A stretch of DNA of 64,000 bases from a virus (lineage: Duplodnaviria > Caudoviricetes), in IMG/VR virus record IMGVR_UViG_3300046788_000091, positions 2,135 to 66,134 of that record; one strand, written 5' to 3'. The notes beneath the pieces were generated by a model. That model was not told the DNA's origin. It searched no databases and worked only from the letters and a program-made list of their open reading frames with translations. A program made the position numbers and the translations under genes. Positions 19,958 through 29,122 of this stretch are shown one piece after another; the stretch's first letter is position 1, and every line of letters starts with the position of its first letter.

Positions 19958-20074
19958 GGTAATTCTCCAAGATAATTAGTTTCAAGCACTGTTTTGCTCT
20001 CTTATCGTGGAGCTATTAACGTGCGAAACCGGAATTATCCGAGAGTCGTGCAGCCAGCGGCTGTTGATATTGTC

Positions 20075-20103
20075 AACCTACAAGAGAATTTTTAGCTTTG
20101 CAA
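20075..20103 (-). promoter_or_regulatory. Predicted late promoter TTGCAA-N17-TAGGTT for major capsid
   Basis: Hexamers at 20103-20098 and 20080-20075, same -10 as the sheath promoter. Confidence 0.6.
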
Positions 20104-20104
20104 C

Positions 20105-20680
20105 TTATCTTATCAACGGGCGAGAGGGATTTGCTCCCCTTTTCTTTAGATATTCTATAGCTATTTCTAAAATCCTATAGTTATCCCCGAATTGGCCTAG
20201 GGCTGAATTGCAGTTGTGGCATAGCCAGCCCCTGAAAATTTCTATTTCATGAATATGATCCCAGTGAGGGGTGTCTTTGCCCTTCTCTCCTTTCTTGGCT
20301 TGTAAATCAAATGCTATTCCGCAAATTTCACATCCCCTAGGAATCGGATGCGTATTTTCCTTTGTAAGTCTACTTTCTAAATATTGTCCCCTTTTTCGTT
20401 TAGCACTACAGTCCACACATAGAGGTCTTTTTCCGTATTTACATCCTTTATCATTGGCGAAACTATCGAAGGGATAGCTTTTCTTACATGTATAACAAAA
20501 GAGTGTTTCGGGTTTACCGTCTATCTCTAATCTAGAAGCTAAATTATCTCTCCTATTTTGAGAGATTATTTTCATACATTCTTTGCAATAAGGATACTTA
20601 CCGTCGAGACGTTTAGCATCCTTTGCGAAATCGTCCAATGTCTTAGTTGTTTTGCATTTAATGCATTTTTTCTGGCTCAA
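20105..20680 (-). mobile_element. Endonuclease VII-family (recombination endonuclease VII) homing-type endonuclease
   Basis: CEICG..WDHIH..FRGWLCHNCNSALGQFGDN..AIEYL; two N-terminal CxxC..CxxC zinc modules; AGGAG before TTG start. Confidence 0.85.
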
Positions 20681-20837
20681 ATTTTTCTCCTGTAAAAGCT
20701 AGGGATCTACAAAGAGCGCACCAGCCCTGTATATTCCCGTAACTGGGAGTTTTAATCACTGAGGGGTGCGCACACCCTGCCTCTCGGCAATGTTTACGGT
20801 GTTGAGAATCGGAAAAAACAAAAGGTAACTTAGACAT
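20658..20837 (-). CDS. Small Cys/His-rich leaderless ORF (59 aa), absent from the ORF track
   Basis: MSKLPFVFSDSQHRKHCREAGCAHPSVIKTPSYGNIQGWCALCRSLAFTGEKFEPEKMH; ATG exactly 6 nt after -10 TAACTT. Confidence 0.5.
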   Translation of the reverse strand: MSKLPFVFSDSQHRKHCREAGCAHPSVIKTPSYGNIQGWCALCRSLAFTGEKFEPEKMH

Positions 20838-20872
20838 ACATCTAAGTTACCCGTTTTTTAGCCCTAAGTCAA
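20824..20872 (-). promoter_or_regulatory. Promoter TTGACT-N17-TAACTT overlapping an 11-bp perfect inverted repeat (terminator/operator)
   Basis: GGTAACTTAGA-N6-TCTAAGTTACC at 20824-20851 flanked by T-runs on both strands; -35 at 20872-20867, -10 at 20849-20844. Confidence 0.6.
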
Positions 20873-20900
20873 GGCCAATTATGTGGTTGGCCTAAAAAGC

Positions 20901-21788
20901 CTAGGCGTCCGCAAAGTGATTCTTCATGCTCACTAGCAGGTCGTTAAGATCCGTAATGACATCTGCAAGAGTCACGGGCGGAATAATCGACATATTGAGA
21001 TTGGGAGTGCTAGCTACAGACATAATAAACGTAACTCCGACTACTACAGTGTCTGTGCTCACTGGTATAGTACCCATAGGCACGGCAAAAGAGGCATCGA
21101 AACCATCTTGGCCTATTTCTACTGCAAAAGGACTCCACGGATCCAGTGGCGGATTAGACACGGCGCGCGCATTAACTATTATCACTCGTTCGTTTGTGGC
21201 TACGGAGAGTGGGAGTGTGAGATGCACAAGCGCAGTCGTACCGGGCGTGAATTCAAAACTATCTACGGAGAGTCCTCCGGATATGTTAAGAACTTGTCCT
21301 GAATACGCGGCTCCGCCCATGCCGTCCATAATTGCTGTCAAAGTCACAGAACAGTGACAAAGAGGATACTGCGGTGTTCCGATAGTCGTTACAGAATCAT
21401 GAAAATGCACACCCGGCTGTGTAGCGTGCTTCTGGTTTGCTGTATTCAGTGCATTTACCAGAAGAATACATCTGGCCAGATCACTGGTATCTGATAATCC
21501 CGGTGCTGCAAGTAGCGCAGCTTTATTAATAGGATCTTCGGCAAGGTGCTCACCGAGTACGGTAGCGGACCCTACTTCGCCCACGTGTTCTAGCAGAGCA
21601 TTCCTAAGCAACATAGTACGCGCGTTAGCTTCCAGTTGCGTCGCATCGTTCGGGAGCGGATCAATCCCTAGAAGACCCTCAAGATGATCATCTGCGACCA
21701 TGTGCACGCGGTTATATCCAGCATGTAGGTATTCGGCTTTAACCTGAATTTCTGATAGGAGTATACCTAGTGTTCTATCGTCAGCCAT
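20901..21788 (-). CDS. Hypothetical virion protein (295 aa)
   Basis: ORF within head module with SD (AAGGAG). Confidence 0.5.
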   Translation of the reverse strand: MADDRTLGILLSEIQVKAEYLHAGYNRVHMVADDHLEGLLGIDPLPNDATQLEANARTMLLRNALLEHVGEVGSATVLGEHLAEDPINKAALLAAPGLSDTSDLARCILLVNALNTANQKHATQPGVHFHDSVTTIGTPQYPLCHCSVTLTAIMDGMGGAAYSGQVLNISGGLSVDSFEFTPGTTALVHLTLPLSVATNERVIIVNARAVSNPPLDPWSPFAVEIGQDGFDASFAVPMGTIPVSTDTVVVGVTFIMSVASTPNLNMSIIPPVTLADVITDLNDLLVSMKNHFADA

Positions 21789-21795
21789 ATACTCC

Positions 21796-22101
21796 TTAGT
21801 GAGTTTGTGCTACCGGAGTAACAGTACACTTGCCATCTGCTGTATCTCGAATTACCGAGAGAGTGTCACCATAAGATCCGTCCAGATATACGACGAATCC
21901 AGCAGGGACAAACATGCTGCCACTAGCGGCTGAAGCTACGGGGCTATTACCCGAAGCGTCTTGCTTGATCCAACTATTTGTAGTGCATGAATAGGCATAG
22001 ACTCTATGCGTAGCCATTACTACAGTAGAAAGAGCAGCCGCAACACCTACGGCTGTCTCAATCGAATTCTTGGCGTCTACTACAACTAGTGGGCTATACA
22101 T
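21796..22101 (-). CDS. Small hypothetical virion protein
   Basis: 101 aa, coupled ORF. Confidence 0.45.
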   Translation of the reverse strand: MYSPLVVVDAKNSIETAVGVAAALSTVVMATHRVYAYSCTTNSWIKQDASGNSPVASAASGSMFVPAGFVVYLDGSYGDTLSVIRDTADGKCTVTPVAQTH

Positions 22102-22292
22102 TACTTCTTATTCCCGTGATGTTGGAGTTTAGAATGCGGATGATCTCCGGCCGGATGATTCTTATGCTTAGCTTCGTCGGCTTTCTCGTACTCTTTCGCG
22201 ACATCCTGAGGAATCCCCATCTTCTTGGCGAATGCGGGATTATGCGCGGCTGCGCGCATCGTGTCGGCTTGTTTCTTACTAGTGCTAGGCAT
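22101..22292 (-). CDS. Small basic phage protein (MPSTSKKQ..AAAHNPAFAKKMGIPQ type)
   Basis: N-terminus resembles a widespread small phage head-module protein family as recalled. Confidence 0.55.
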   Translation of the reverse strand: MPSTSKKQADTMRAAAHNPAFAKKMGIPQDVAKEYEKADEAKHKNHPAGDHPHSKLQHHGNKK

Positions 22293-22549
22293 TAGCGTTT
22301 CCCTCCTGGAACATAGTCTTTATGGGGATGATCTCCTGCTTTGCGGTCTTCCGGTTGGGCGTGCGGATGCGCGCGATCTACATACGGGCCTACCGTGACC
22401 TGATCGTATTGGCCATCTGTATCTTGTGAATCGGCCTGTGGCTCGTCTTGATTCTTCGTCTTTTCCACGTAATCCCCCACTTTCTGTCGTTCGGCTTCGT
22501 TGGGGGATCCACCTTCTTTGTTATTAGATTCACGAGTTGGATAGGCCAT
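22292..22549 (-). CDS. Small hydrophilic hypothetical protein
   Basis: 85 aa, coupled between scaffold and previous gene. Confidence 0.5.
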   Translation of the reverse strand: MAYPTRESNNKEGGSPNEAERQKVGDYVEKTKNQDEPQADSQDTDGQYDQVTVGPYVDRAHPHAQPEDRKAGDHPHKDYVPGGKR

Positions 22550-22551
22550 AT

Positions 22552-23331
22552 TTACTCCAGCGGAGGCAGTCCCTGTGATGCTCTGTCGATTTCGATTGCT
22601 GCTTTCTGTGCAGCCGAGAGCTTACTAAACTCGCCCTTACTCGGATTAGATCCCATATTGTTTCGCGCGGGATTAGATCCAGAGCCTCCGGCATCAACAG
22701 CCGGAACAAAGCTCTTACCTTCTTGCTGGACCCAATTTTTCAGGCCGACCTTAGGATCGAAAAGCGTCTCGATTCCATACTTGTCATTGCCCTTGAAGCG
22801 AATCTTATCACCTTCGTCACGGACCATAAATCCGTCTTGCTCAAGTTGATCAAGCGCAGCGCGCATAAGACGAGGGTCTGATATCCCGTGCTCTGTGAGT
22901 GCTTGCTGAAATTGCCCGCGCATCTCATTGCGCTTAGCCGATTCAGCTTGCTCCGCCTGGATACGTTCGGCCTTCTTACGAGCTTCGCGCTCTTCGGCAA
23001 GCTCTTTCTCCAGACGAGTAAAGCGCTTTGTAGCTTTAGGATCTTCTACGGACTTCTTGGGAACCTCTGGCTCCCCATCTTCGGCGTCTTCGTCGACTGC
23101 CGGCTTGGTAGACATCTTCGTAAGAGTCTCCTGCATCTGAGCCAGTGAAGCCAGAACTCCTTTCATCTCACGCTTAACGCGGTTCGTGACGATTGCGTTA
23201 ATACGGCGATTCTCGTCTTCACCGTCTTCGGAATCCTTATCAGAATCCTCGGAGCCCTCTTGACCCTCGTTTTCCTGATCTTCGTTTTCGGTCGGGGATG
23301 TCTTCTTGCCTGGGGGTTTTGCTTTCGCCAT
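22552..23331 (-). CDS. Capsid scaffolding protein
   Basis: Acidic N-terminus, long coiled coil, SFVPAVDAGGSGS C-terminal motif typical of scaffolds. Confidence 0.7.
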   Translation of the reverse strand: MAKAKPPGKKTSPTENEDQENEGQEGSEDSDKDSEDGEDENRRINAIVTNRVKREMKGVLASLAQMQETLTKMSTKPAVDEDAEDGEPEVPKKSVEDPKATKRFTRLEKELAEEREARKKAERIQAEQAESAKRNEMRGQFQQALTEHGISDPRLMRAALDQLEQDGFMVRDEGDKIRFKGNDKYGIETLFDPKVGLKNWVQQEGKSFVPAVDAGGSGSNPARNNMGSNPSKGEFSKLSAAQKAAIEIDRASQGLPPLE

Positions 23332-23341
23332 AGTGGATTAA

Positions 23342-23370
23342 GATGTAGGCGAGAAAACCCTCACTTGCAA
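23342..23370 (-). promoter_or_regulatory. Predicted late promoter TTGCAA-N17-TACATC for scaffold
   Basis: Hexamers at 23370-23365 and 23347-23342; ATG 10 nt downstream with no SD. Confidence 0.45.
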
Positions 23371-23375
23371 GTTTG

Positions 23376-23810
23376 CTACGTAAAGATTGGGTTGTTTCGC
23401 GCCAAATCTAGAATACATTCCCCGAAGACATCACATGTGTCTTCTACCTGCTGGTACGTTAGTTTACTTAACGCCTCAGAGTGACTTTGTGCGATCTTAA
23501 TATACACATGAGCTATCTCGTGATACAGCGCTTCCCTCATAACATGAATAGATACCGTTGGCTCTAGAAAGATAATTCTCTGAGAATACATTACCATCCC
23601 GAGCAATCTGGTCTTTTTCTTTTTTTCAGCATAGATTCTAGAATGATAATATACTTGATATTTCATTCCGTAAATAGTTGCTTCACTAGGCATCCCGGAA
23701 GGGGTTGGGAATGCTTTCCCTCCGTGAGTGTAAAGATCTAGAAAGGATCCGTGTACGGGATCTCGGAGCTGCGTATACGCTGCTCTCATGGATGCTTTCT
23801 TAGGCTTCAT
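23376..23810 (-). CDS. Putative zinc metallopeptidase (HExxH)
   Basis: REALYHEIAHVY motif preceded by GMVMYSQRIIFLE beta strands; downstream EDTCD. Confidence 0.55.
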   Translation of the reverse strand: MKPKKASMRAAYTQLRDPVHGSFLDLYTHGGKAFPTPSGMPSEATIYGMKYQVYYHSRIYAEKKKKTRLLGMVMYSQRIIFLEPTVSIHVMREALYHEIAHVYIKIAQSHSEALSKLTYQQVEDTCDVFGECILDLARNNPIFT

Positions 23811-23825
23811 AAGAACTCATATATA

Positions 23826-24839
23826 CTACGCTACCCAGACCTTGCCAGGCATAGTTACTCCTCGATTAGCGTCCATTAAGTAGAACGCCTGACAGGGGAG
23901 TTCAAATTTAGCGCCTATCTTTAGAGCATACGGATTATACCCGATAAGAGATCCATTAATAATGAGATCATCCAAGCATATATATTGATGGAAATGCCCC
24001 ATATTTGTCACGTCGGCGTGGCGTACAGTATTCCAGCGATAAAGAGCCTTCTGAATTGGTATCATGATACCGCCGACACCTCCACCGTATTTCGCGTCAT
24101 CCCCATGTGTGAACCTAATAACCCAATCGTAGACTTCTGCGTAGGAATGCGAGCCAGCCGGTAGATGAAAGTCGACGCGTTTCTCCGACCGGAATTCATT
24201 TGCAAGAAAGTGATAGAGTAGCCATTCAATCGAATTAGCTTCTCTTGTGCTCGGTCTAACTTTTTCGGTGAGTCTACCGTGATTGCCACTATTACAGATG
24301 ATTTTAAGCTTTTCTGTACCTGTTTGATCAAGTAGGAATCGTATTCCATGAGATATCCAAGTGTGTAGCCTAGCAATTGCTTGTACAGGGCTGCACTCGT
24401 TTTCTTCGAGATTTTCTTCACGTAAATATCCTGTGATTAGATCTCCACCTAGCCATAGTATCCCGTCTCGAAGCTTGAATTTCTCAGCGTGATAGTTAAT
24501 TAGCCAGGCTACACCTGAGAAGTATTTCTCTACTCGGTGCCTGGCTATGCTAAGATTATATGAATTAACTCCATTGACTTTAGCTGGGTCTACAGACTCT
24601 TCAACGTGCCAATCTGAGGCAAGTGCAACCCACGTGGCTTCGCGAAGTCCTGACTTAAGCTCCCGCGGCTTAATCGGCTTAATAGCGGGGATAGCTTTGT
24701 CAACTCTAATTGCTGTATTCAGCTCTAGCCGACACTGCTCTAGGGCTTTGAGAGTGTCTTGGAGCTTGGTCTTAAGTGAGAGATTTTCTTGCCTGAGTTT
24801 TCGTTGCTGCAAGATCTCCTGAGCAATGCTACTGGGCAT
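23826..24839 (-). CDS. Calcineurin-like metallophosphoesterase with N-terminal coiled coil
   Basis: SDWH, GGDLITG, GNHGR, FTHGD, MGHFH metal-binding motifs. Confidence 0.8.
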   Translation of the reverse strand: MPSSIAQEILQQRKLRQENLSLKTKLQDTLKALEQCRLELNTAIRVDKAIPAIKPIKPRELKSGLREATWVALASDWHVEESVDPAKVNGVNSYNLSIARHRVEKYFSGVAWLINYHAEKFKLRDGILWLGGDLITGYLREENLEENECSPVQAIARLHTWISHGIRFLLDQTGTEKLKIICNSGNHGRLTEKVRPSTREANSIEWLLYHFLANEFRSEKRVDFHLPAGSHSYAEVYDWVIRFTHGDDAKYGGGVGGIMIPIQKALYRWNTVRHADVTNMGHFHQYICLDDLIINGSLIGYNPYALKIGAKFELPCQAFYLMDANRGVTMPGKVWVA

Positions 24840-24879
24840 GTTAACGCCGAGCCTGCCCGGGATATGTCTCTATTGCAAC

Positions 24880-26131
24880 TTATGTTGTAAGTACCTCGGC
24901 TTGCGCGGAAATAAAATTCCAGGTAGTAGTGGTCGAGCCGCTGATACAGGTCAATTCTACTATATTACTTTGCGTAGTATTAACTACCGCGGGGACTGTG
25001 ACTGCGGTTGTGGGAGCAACTAGCGCAGTTGCTGTGTTTACATTTATGACGATACACCCTAAAGCCGTTCCGGTTGCGCCAGCTGTATAAATAGAAATAA
25101 ATCCATGCACTGTAAAGGGGCAATTCGTGCGGGCTGTTCCGCCTAGTGCTACACTCCAGGATGCTTCTAGAGCGGCTCCTAGAGTCGCGGAATTAATTCT
25201 TAGTGTAAGTATAGACGTAGAAGCTGTTGTATTTGTTAGTAGACCTATAGCTGTGAACTCAATAAGTGTACCAGCTGCTAATGTATTAGCAGGCATTGTA
25301 AAGCCGATTACTTGTGTAAGCGTATTGGCTATTATCTTATTTATACTAAGTGTCGCCTTGGCCATTCCGGCAGGGACGTCTACTATCCCTCCTGTTACGT
25401 GTACAAATCCTGTACCGGACGGTGCCGGGCCAGCGGGACCTATAACTCCTTGTATGCCTTGTATACCTTGCGGACCCTGTACTCCGGTAGCGCCTGTAGG
25501 TCCAGTCGCTCCGGTTAACCCGATAAGGCCTTGGGGTCCTGTAGGTCCGGTTAGGCCTGTAGGACCCTGGGATCCGGTTGCTCCGGTTAATCCTGTGGGA
25601 CCTTGTGGCCCGGTCGCCCCTGTTAATCCTGTGGGGCCTTGTGCCCCTGTGGCTCCTGTTAACCCAATAAGACCTTGGGGGCCTGTAGGCCCGGTTAGCC
25701 CTGCGGGACCTTGCGAGCCTGTGGCTCCTGTAGGACCTTGTGGTCCTGTAGCTCCCGTTAATCCGATAGGGCCTTGTGCGCCTGCGGCTCCGGTTAAACC
25801 CGTGGGACCTTGCAGTCCTGTAGCTCCCGGAGGACCGGGGGGGACCTGTACCTCCGGGACCTTGTGGACCTATGTCTCCCTGATCGCCTTTGTCACCTTT
25901 AAAACCTTGCGGACCGTACGGGCCTTGTATGCCTTGAGGCCCTGGAATAGCTACTCCGCTCGGGTCGGCTTCTGTCCAATCTGTACCTCCGCCTAATCCG
26001 TGAATCAAAAATTTAGTGATTCCCTCGTCGTTTAGGAATACAAAAATACACGGAATTACTTCATTAAAGGGATATCCAACTATCCTAGGATCCTCCTCAA
26101 TTTGTATAACTTGTAATACCCTATGCCCCAT
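24880..26131 (-). CDS. Collagen-like (Gly-X-Y) fibre protein interrupted by a one-base frameshift at a C7 tract
   Basis: GPQ/GPT/GLT repeats begin in the 26131 frame and continue in the frame of ORF 24880-25365; removing one G from G7 at 25837-25843 gives a single 416-aa ORF. Confidence 0.8.
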
Positions 26132-26153
26132 GTTAACCCGCCCTCATGCTGCA

Positions 26154-27152
26154 TTATTTTCTTGACTTATTCAAGTTTACTATATGCGGAATCTTACTTA
26201 CGCCTCGGGGCTCTTTGCCCTCATGAGATTTGGCTAAGATATCGTCTTTGTGTGATTGTTCTTTCCACTCTTTGCGCCAGATGACTTGTGCACACCTACA
26301 ATTCGGGTGTAGTGGGGGCTGACTAATTCCAGAAGTAAAATCTTTATCTAGCGGTCTTACTAGGTCATCCAGACTCGCGCATTGCGCACATGTGCGTCTA
26401 TCTAGGGCCGCGTCCCATCTTTTAAAATATCCCGGATCTTCGCGGTCTAACTCTTCCATGCCATCGAGAGCCGTGCTATTGTACGCGTTTACTATTTCTG
26501 TGCGCGCGAGTCTCTCAGCATAGTATCTGTATTTTGTAAATAGGCCCTCGGCTATATATTCGGCTTTTGCTTTAGGGTCTCCTGGCATGCCTTTTAAATA
26601 TACTTGACCCCTCGGGCCTCCGTGCTTGGCCAGGCGTCTGACCATCTGATCTATCGTCTCGCCTTTGACTACGGAGATAGCTAGTTGCTTCTGGATATCT
26701 CGTCCGACTTGACCCGCATAACGTGCAGCGGACGTCTTGAATTTAGGAATCTGTGTTTTCTTGGCTTCGGCCAGGATCTTTGCTTGATTAAGTGGAATCG
26801 GCCGGATAGCCCCTGTAAAATACTGTGAAAACTTTTCTATCTCACGTATTAGATGATCCGTAGCCAATTCTCCGGCTATTATCCCTCCATGCCGGAGTGT
26901 AGAAGCTATTTTCTCCGCGACGGGGCCTCTGATATGCGCAAGAGTCCCACGGATCTGTGTTAAAGCCTGGCGATAAAGTTGAGGAGTAAATCTCTCATCC
27001 CCTTTTCCAAGGGCTTTCCACATAGCTAACTCTCTTGTTAGCTCTATTTCGGCTTTGTCTAAGATCTCGGTGAGATCTGATAGGCCTGTATTAGCTAGCG
27101 CATGTACTTCGGAATTGAGATGCCAAAGTATATCTGTAATCGGATTGGACAT
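26154..27152 (-). CDS. Mu gpF / SPP1 gp7-like minor head protein
   Basis: AERLARTEIVNAYN..KRWDAALDRRTCAQCASLD..PPLHPNCRC. Confidence 0.85.
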   Translation of the reverse strand: MSNPITDILWHLNSEVHALANTGLSDLTEILDKAEIELTRELAMWKALGKGDERFTPQLYRQALTQIRGTLAHIRGPVAEKIASTLRHGGIIAGELATDHLIREIEKFSQYFTGAIRPIPLNQAKILAEAKKTQIPKFKTSAARYAGQVGRDIQKQLAISVVKGETIDQMVRRLAKHGGPRGQVYLKGMPGDPKAKAEYIAEGLFTKYRYYAERLARTEIVNAYNSTALDGMEELDREDPGYFKRWDAALDRRTCAQCASLDDLVRPLDKDFTSGISQPPLHPNCRCAQVIWRKEWKEQSHKDDILAKSHEGKEPRGVSKIPHIVNLNKSRK

Positions 27153-27155
27153 ACA

Positions 27156-27344
27156 TTATAGTCCAATTCCTTTAACTAGCTTATCTAAAACCGCTTGCGC
27201 TATTTTGTCTATATCTTCATCTGAGAGCTTGATCGTCTTAGATTGGACAGGGAAAAAGAGTTTGTCTTTCTCTTTACCCGCGGTACATTGCCAGCATATG
27301 CCTAATGGACCTGTGGTATTTCCACAAGTAACGCAATGCAGCAT
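27156..27344 (-). CDS. Small zinc-finger-like protein
   Basis: CVTCG..CWQC; coupled to portal stop. Confidence 0.45.
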   Translation of the reverse strand: MLHCVTCGNTTGPLGICWQCTAGKEKDKLFFPVQSKTIKLSDEDIDKIAQAVLDKLVKGIGL

Positions 27345-29113
27345 TATTTCCCCTTGCCAGGCTTCTTCTGGACTTTCTTAATTCCGGCAAGTTCTTTCTT
27401 CTGGTCTGAGTCTTCGTTCTTTGCGATTGGACCGAGCTTAGCTAAAGCTTGCTTGCCCTTCATGCCGGTAGGATCTTCCTGTTTGGCTTCGGCAGATGCT
27501 TGATTAGCTCCATGCTGAGCTAGCTTTGCGTCGGATTCAGCTTCGAAGCTATCCTGTGTGACTACACCTTCAAGCTCCTCAGAAATCTGATCAATATCTT
27601 CTTCGTTCGCATCCGGGCCTAGTGCTATCTTGGCTACTTTAAGTTTCCAGAGTTTGTTAAAGTGAGCGCTTGGGATGCTGACAGACTCGATACCAATCGC
27701 GTCTATCACCAATTGCGAGAGAGTGATGTCATCAAACGAATCCATGCCATGAGCACAGAAGGCTATGTTGTCTGCTCTTCCTGTAGCCACTATGCCTAGA
27801 AGCTCTTCCAGGTGCTCTTTGAGCAATACGCCAAGCGCCCGCAGGATTACCGCCGCAGCGGCTTGGTCGATGGCTTTGCTCTCGCCAGAGCGTTGCAGCG
27901 CTGCTCCTGAGTTGTCGACCGACATCGCCATGTGGTGAAGCACTCTGTGCATCTCGTCTCGGAGTCCTGCCAGATCTTCCATCGCGATCTTGTATGGAGC
28001 CGTATCTGGAGAGAAATACTCCATCTTATCTTTTTCGGCTAATACTCGTAAATATCCCTGACCGTGCGTCTGGCTTGCTCTGCCTACATCACTGGAGATG
28101 TCGTCTCCCGGCTCGGGCTTCTGGAGGTATAGTACAGGTACGGGAAATAGTGCTTTGAGTTGTCCCCAAGATAGCGCATTGCGTTGATTAAAATGTGCTC
28201 GTGCGATTGCTTCGAGCTTGCCCATAGCCCATAGGCCATCGGGCAGGCATAGGCGACGTACTGGTACTTTCTTAAAACTATGCTTGCCTTGATCTACTAA
28301 TACAGCCGTGTCACGGTCATTGGGTCCGTCTTGGCGTCTCTTCTTATCATAGGTCAATTCATAAACAGCCCAGGCGTCAACGGTATAATACCGCCAACGC
28401 ATCGTTACTATATTACGATCTCCTGCAAGCCCTTGACGTTTGCAAATCTTATCTTCGATAAGCGCCCATTCTAACTCTCCGTCTTCGCGCTCTTCCCAGT
28501 CTACAACGCACTCGGGATCTAGTGGACAAATATATGCTTTCAGGCCCCCCGCTTTTTCTTGCTCCGCTCGATTGGCGTAGCCGTTTTCAGGTTGCTTGGG
28601 CAAATCAATAAGAGCCCAGGCCGTCTTACATTGGAGAGCAGTAAACATTTGCTCGCGAGCAAACTGATTAAGAGACATCTTGGCTCCGCCTGGCTTCCCA
28701 CTATTCTTAACGAGATCCATATAGAACGGAGGGAGCTGTTTCTCTTGCTCTGTGAGATCACTTGCTCCGGCTTGGCCTCCGTCGGAGGCATCGGCAGTTG
28801 TATTCTCTTGCTCAAAAGTAAGAGGTTTAGCCATTAACTCAGAGACTATTTTGTCTACAATACTGCCGGGATACGGAATATAAAAAGCGCGCTTAGCTCG
28901 CTCTTCCCAGACCAGCGGATCTTCGCCAGAGTGCTGCGGGAGAATTTGCTTGAGAATAGCTTTATTTTCCAAGAGTGTAGGTCCGCCGGAATATAGCGCC
29001 CGGCACCTAGCCCAGAAGTCTACGAGATAGTTTTCGTTCCGTACTTTCAGCGACTTATAAAGAATCGCTGGCGGAAAAGCGTTAAGATTTGGATCTGGCG
29101 CTTGCTCGGCCAT
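27344..29113 (-). CDS. Portal protein
   Basis: 589 aa upstream of gpF; YLKQHSGE-like and RSGESKAID motifs of SPP1-type/DUF4055-like portals. Confidence 0.85.
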   Translation of the reverse strand: MAEQAPDPNLNAFPPAILYKSLKVRNENYLVDFWARCRALYSGGPTLLENKAILKQILPQHSGEDPLVWEERAKRAFYIPYPGSIVDKIVSELMAKPLTFEQENTTADASDGGQAGASDLTEQEKQLPPFYMDLVKNSGKPGGAKMSLNQFAREQMFTALQCKTAWALIDLPKQPENGYANRAEQEKAGGLKAYICPLDPECVVDWEEREDGELEWALIEDKICKRQGLAGDRNIVTMRWRYYTVDAWAVYELTYDKKRRQDGPNDRDTAVLVDQGKHSFKKVPVRRLCLPDGLWAMGKLEAIARAHFNQRNALSWGQLKALFPVPVLYLQKPEPGDDISSDVGRASQTHGQGYLRVLAEKDKMEYFSPDTAPYKIAMEDLAGLRDEMHRVLHHMAMSVDNSGAALQRSGESKAIDQAAAAVILRALGVLLKEHLEELLGIVATGRADNIAFCAHGMDSFDDITLSQLVIDAIGIESVSIPSAHFNKLWKLKVAKIALGPDANEEDIDQISEELEGVVTQDSFEAESDAKLAQHGANQASAEAKQEDPTGMKGKQALAKLGPIAKNEDSDQKKELAGIKKVQKKPGKGK

Positions 29114-29122
29114 AATGCCAAG

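Noticed and set aside
19960-20900. Group I intron with EndoVII in a loop, interrupting the capsid gene
   Set aside because: There is partial resemblance (CAGCC/GGCUG, GCACGACU), but no proper P7 partner (AGUC) or P3 geometry. The 5' half is better explained by a leaderless ORF and the 3' half by a promoter plus leader.
25127-25996. 289-aa plus-strand Pro/Val/Gly ORF
   Set aside because: It is the antisense shadow of the collagen repeats.
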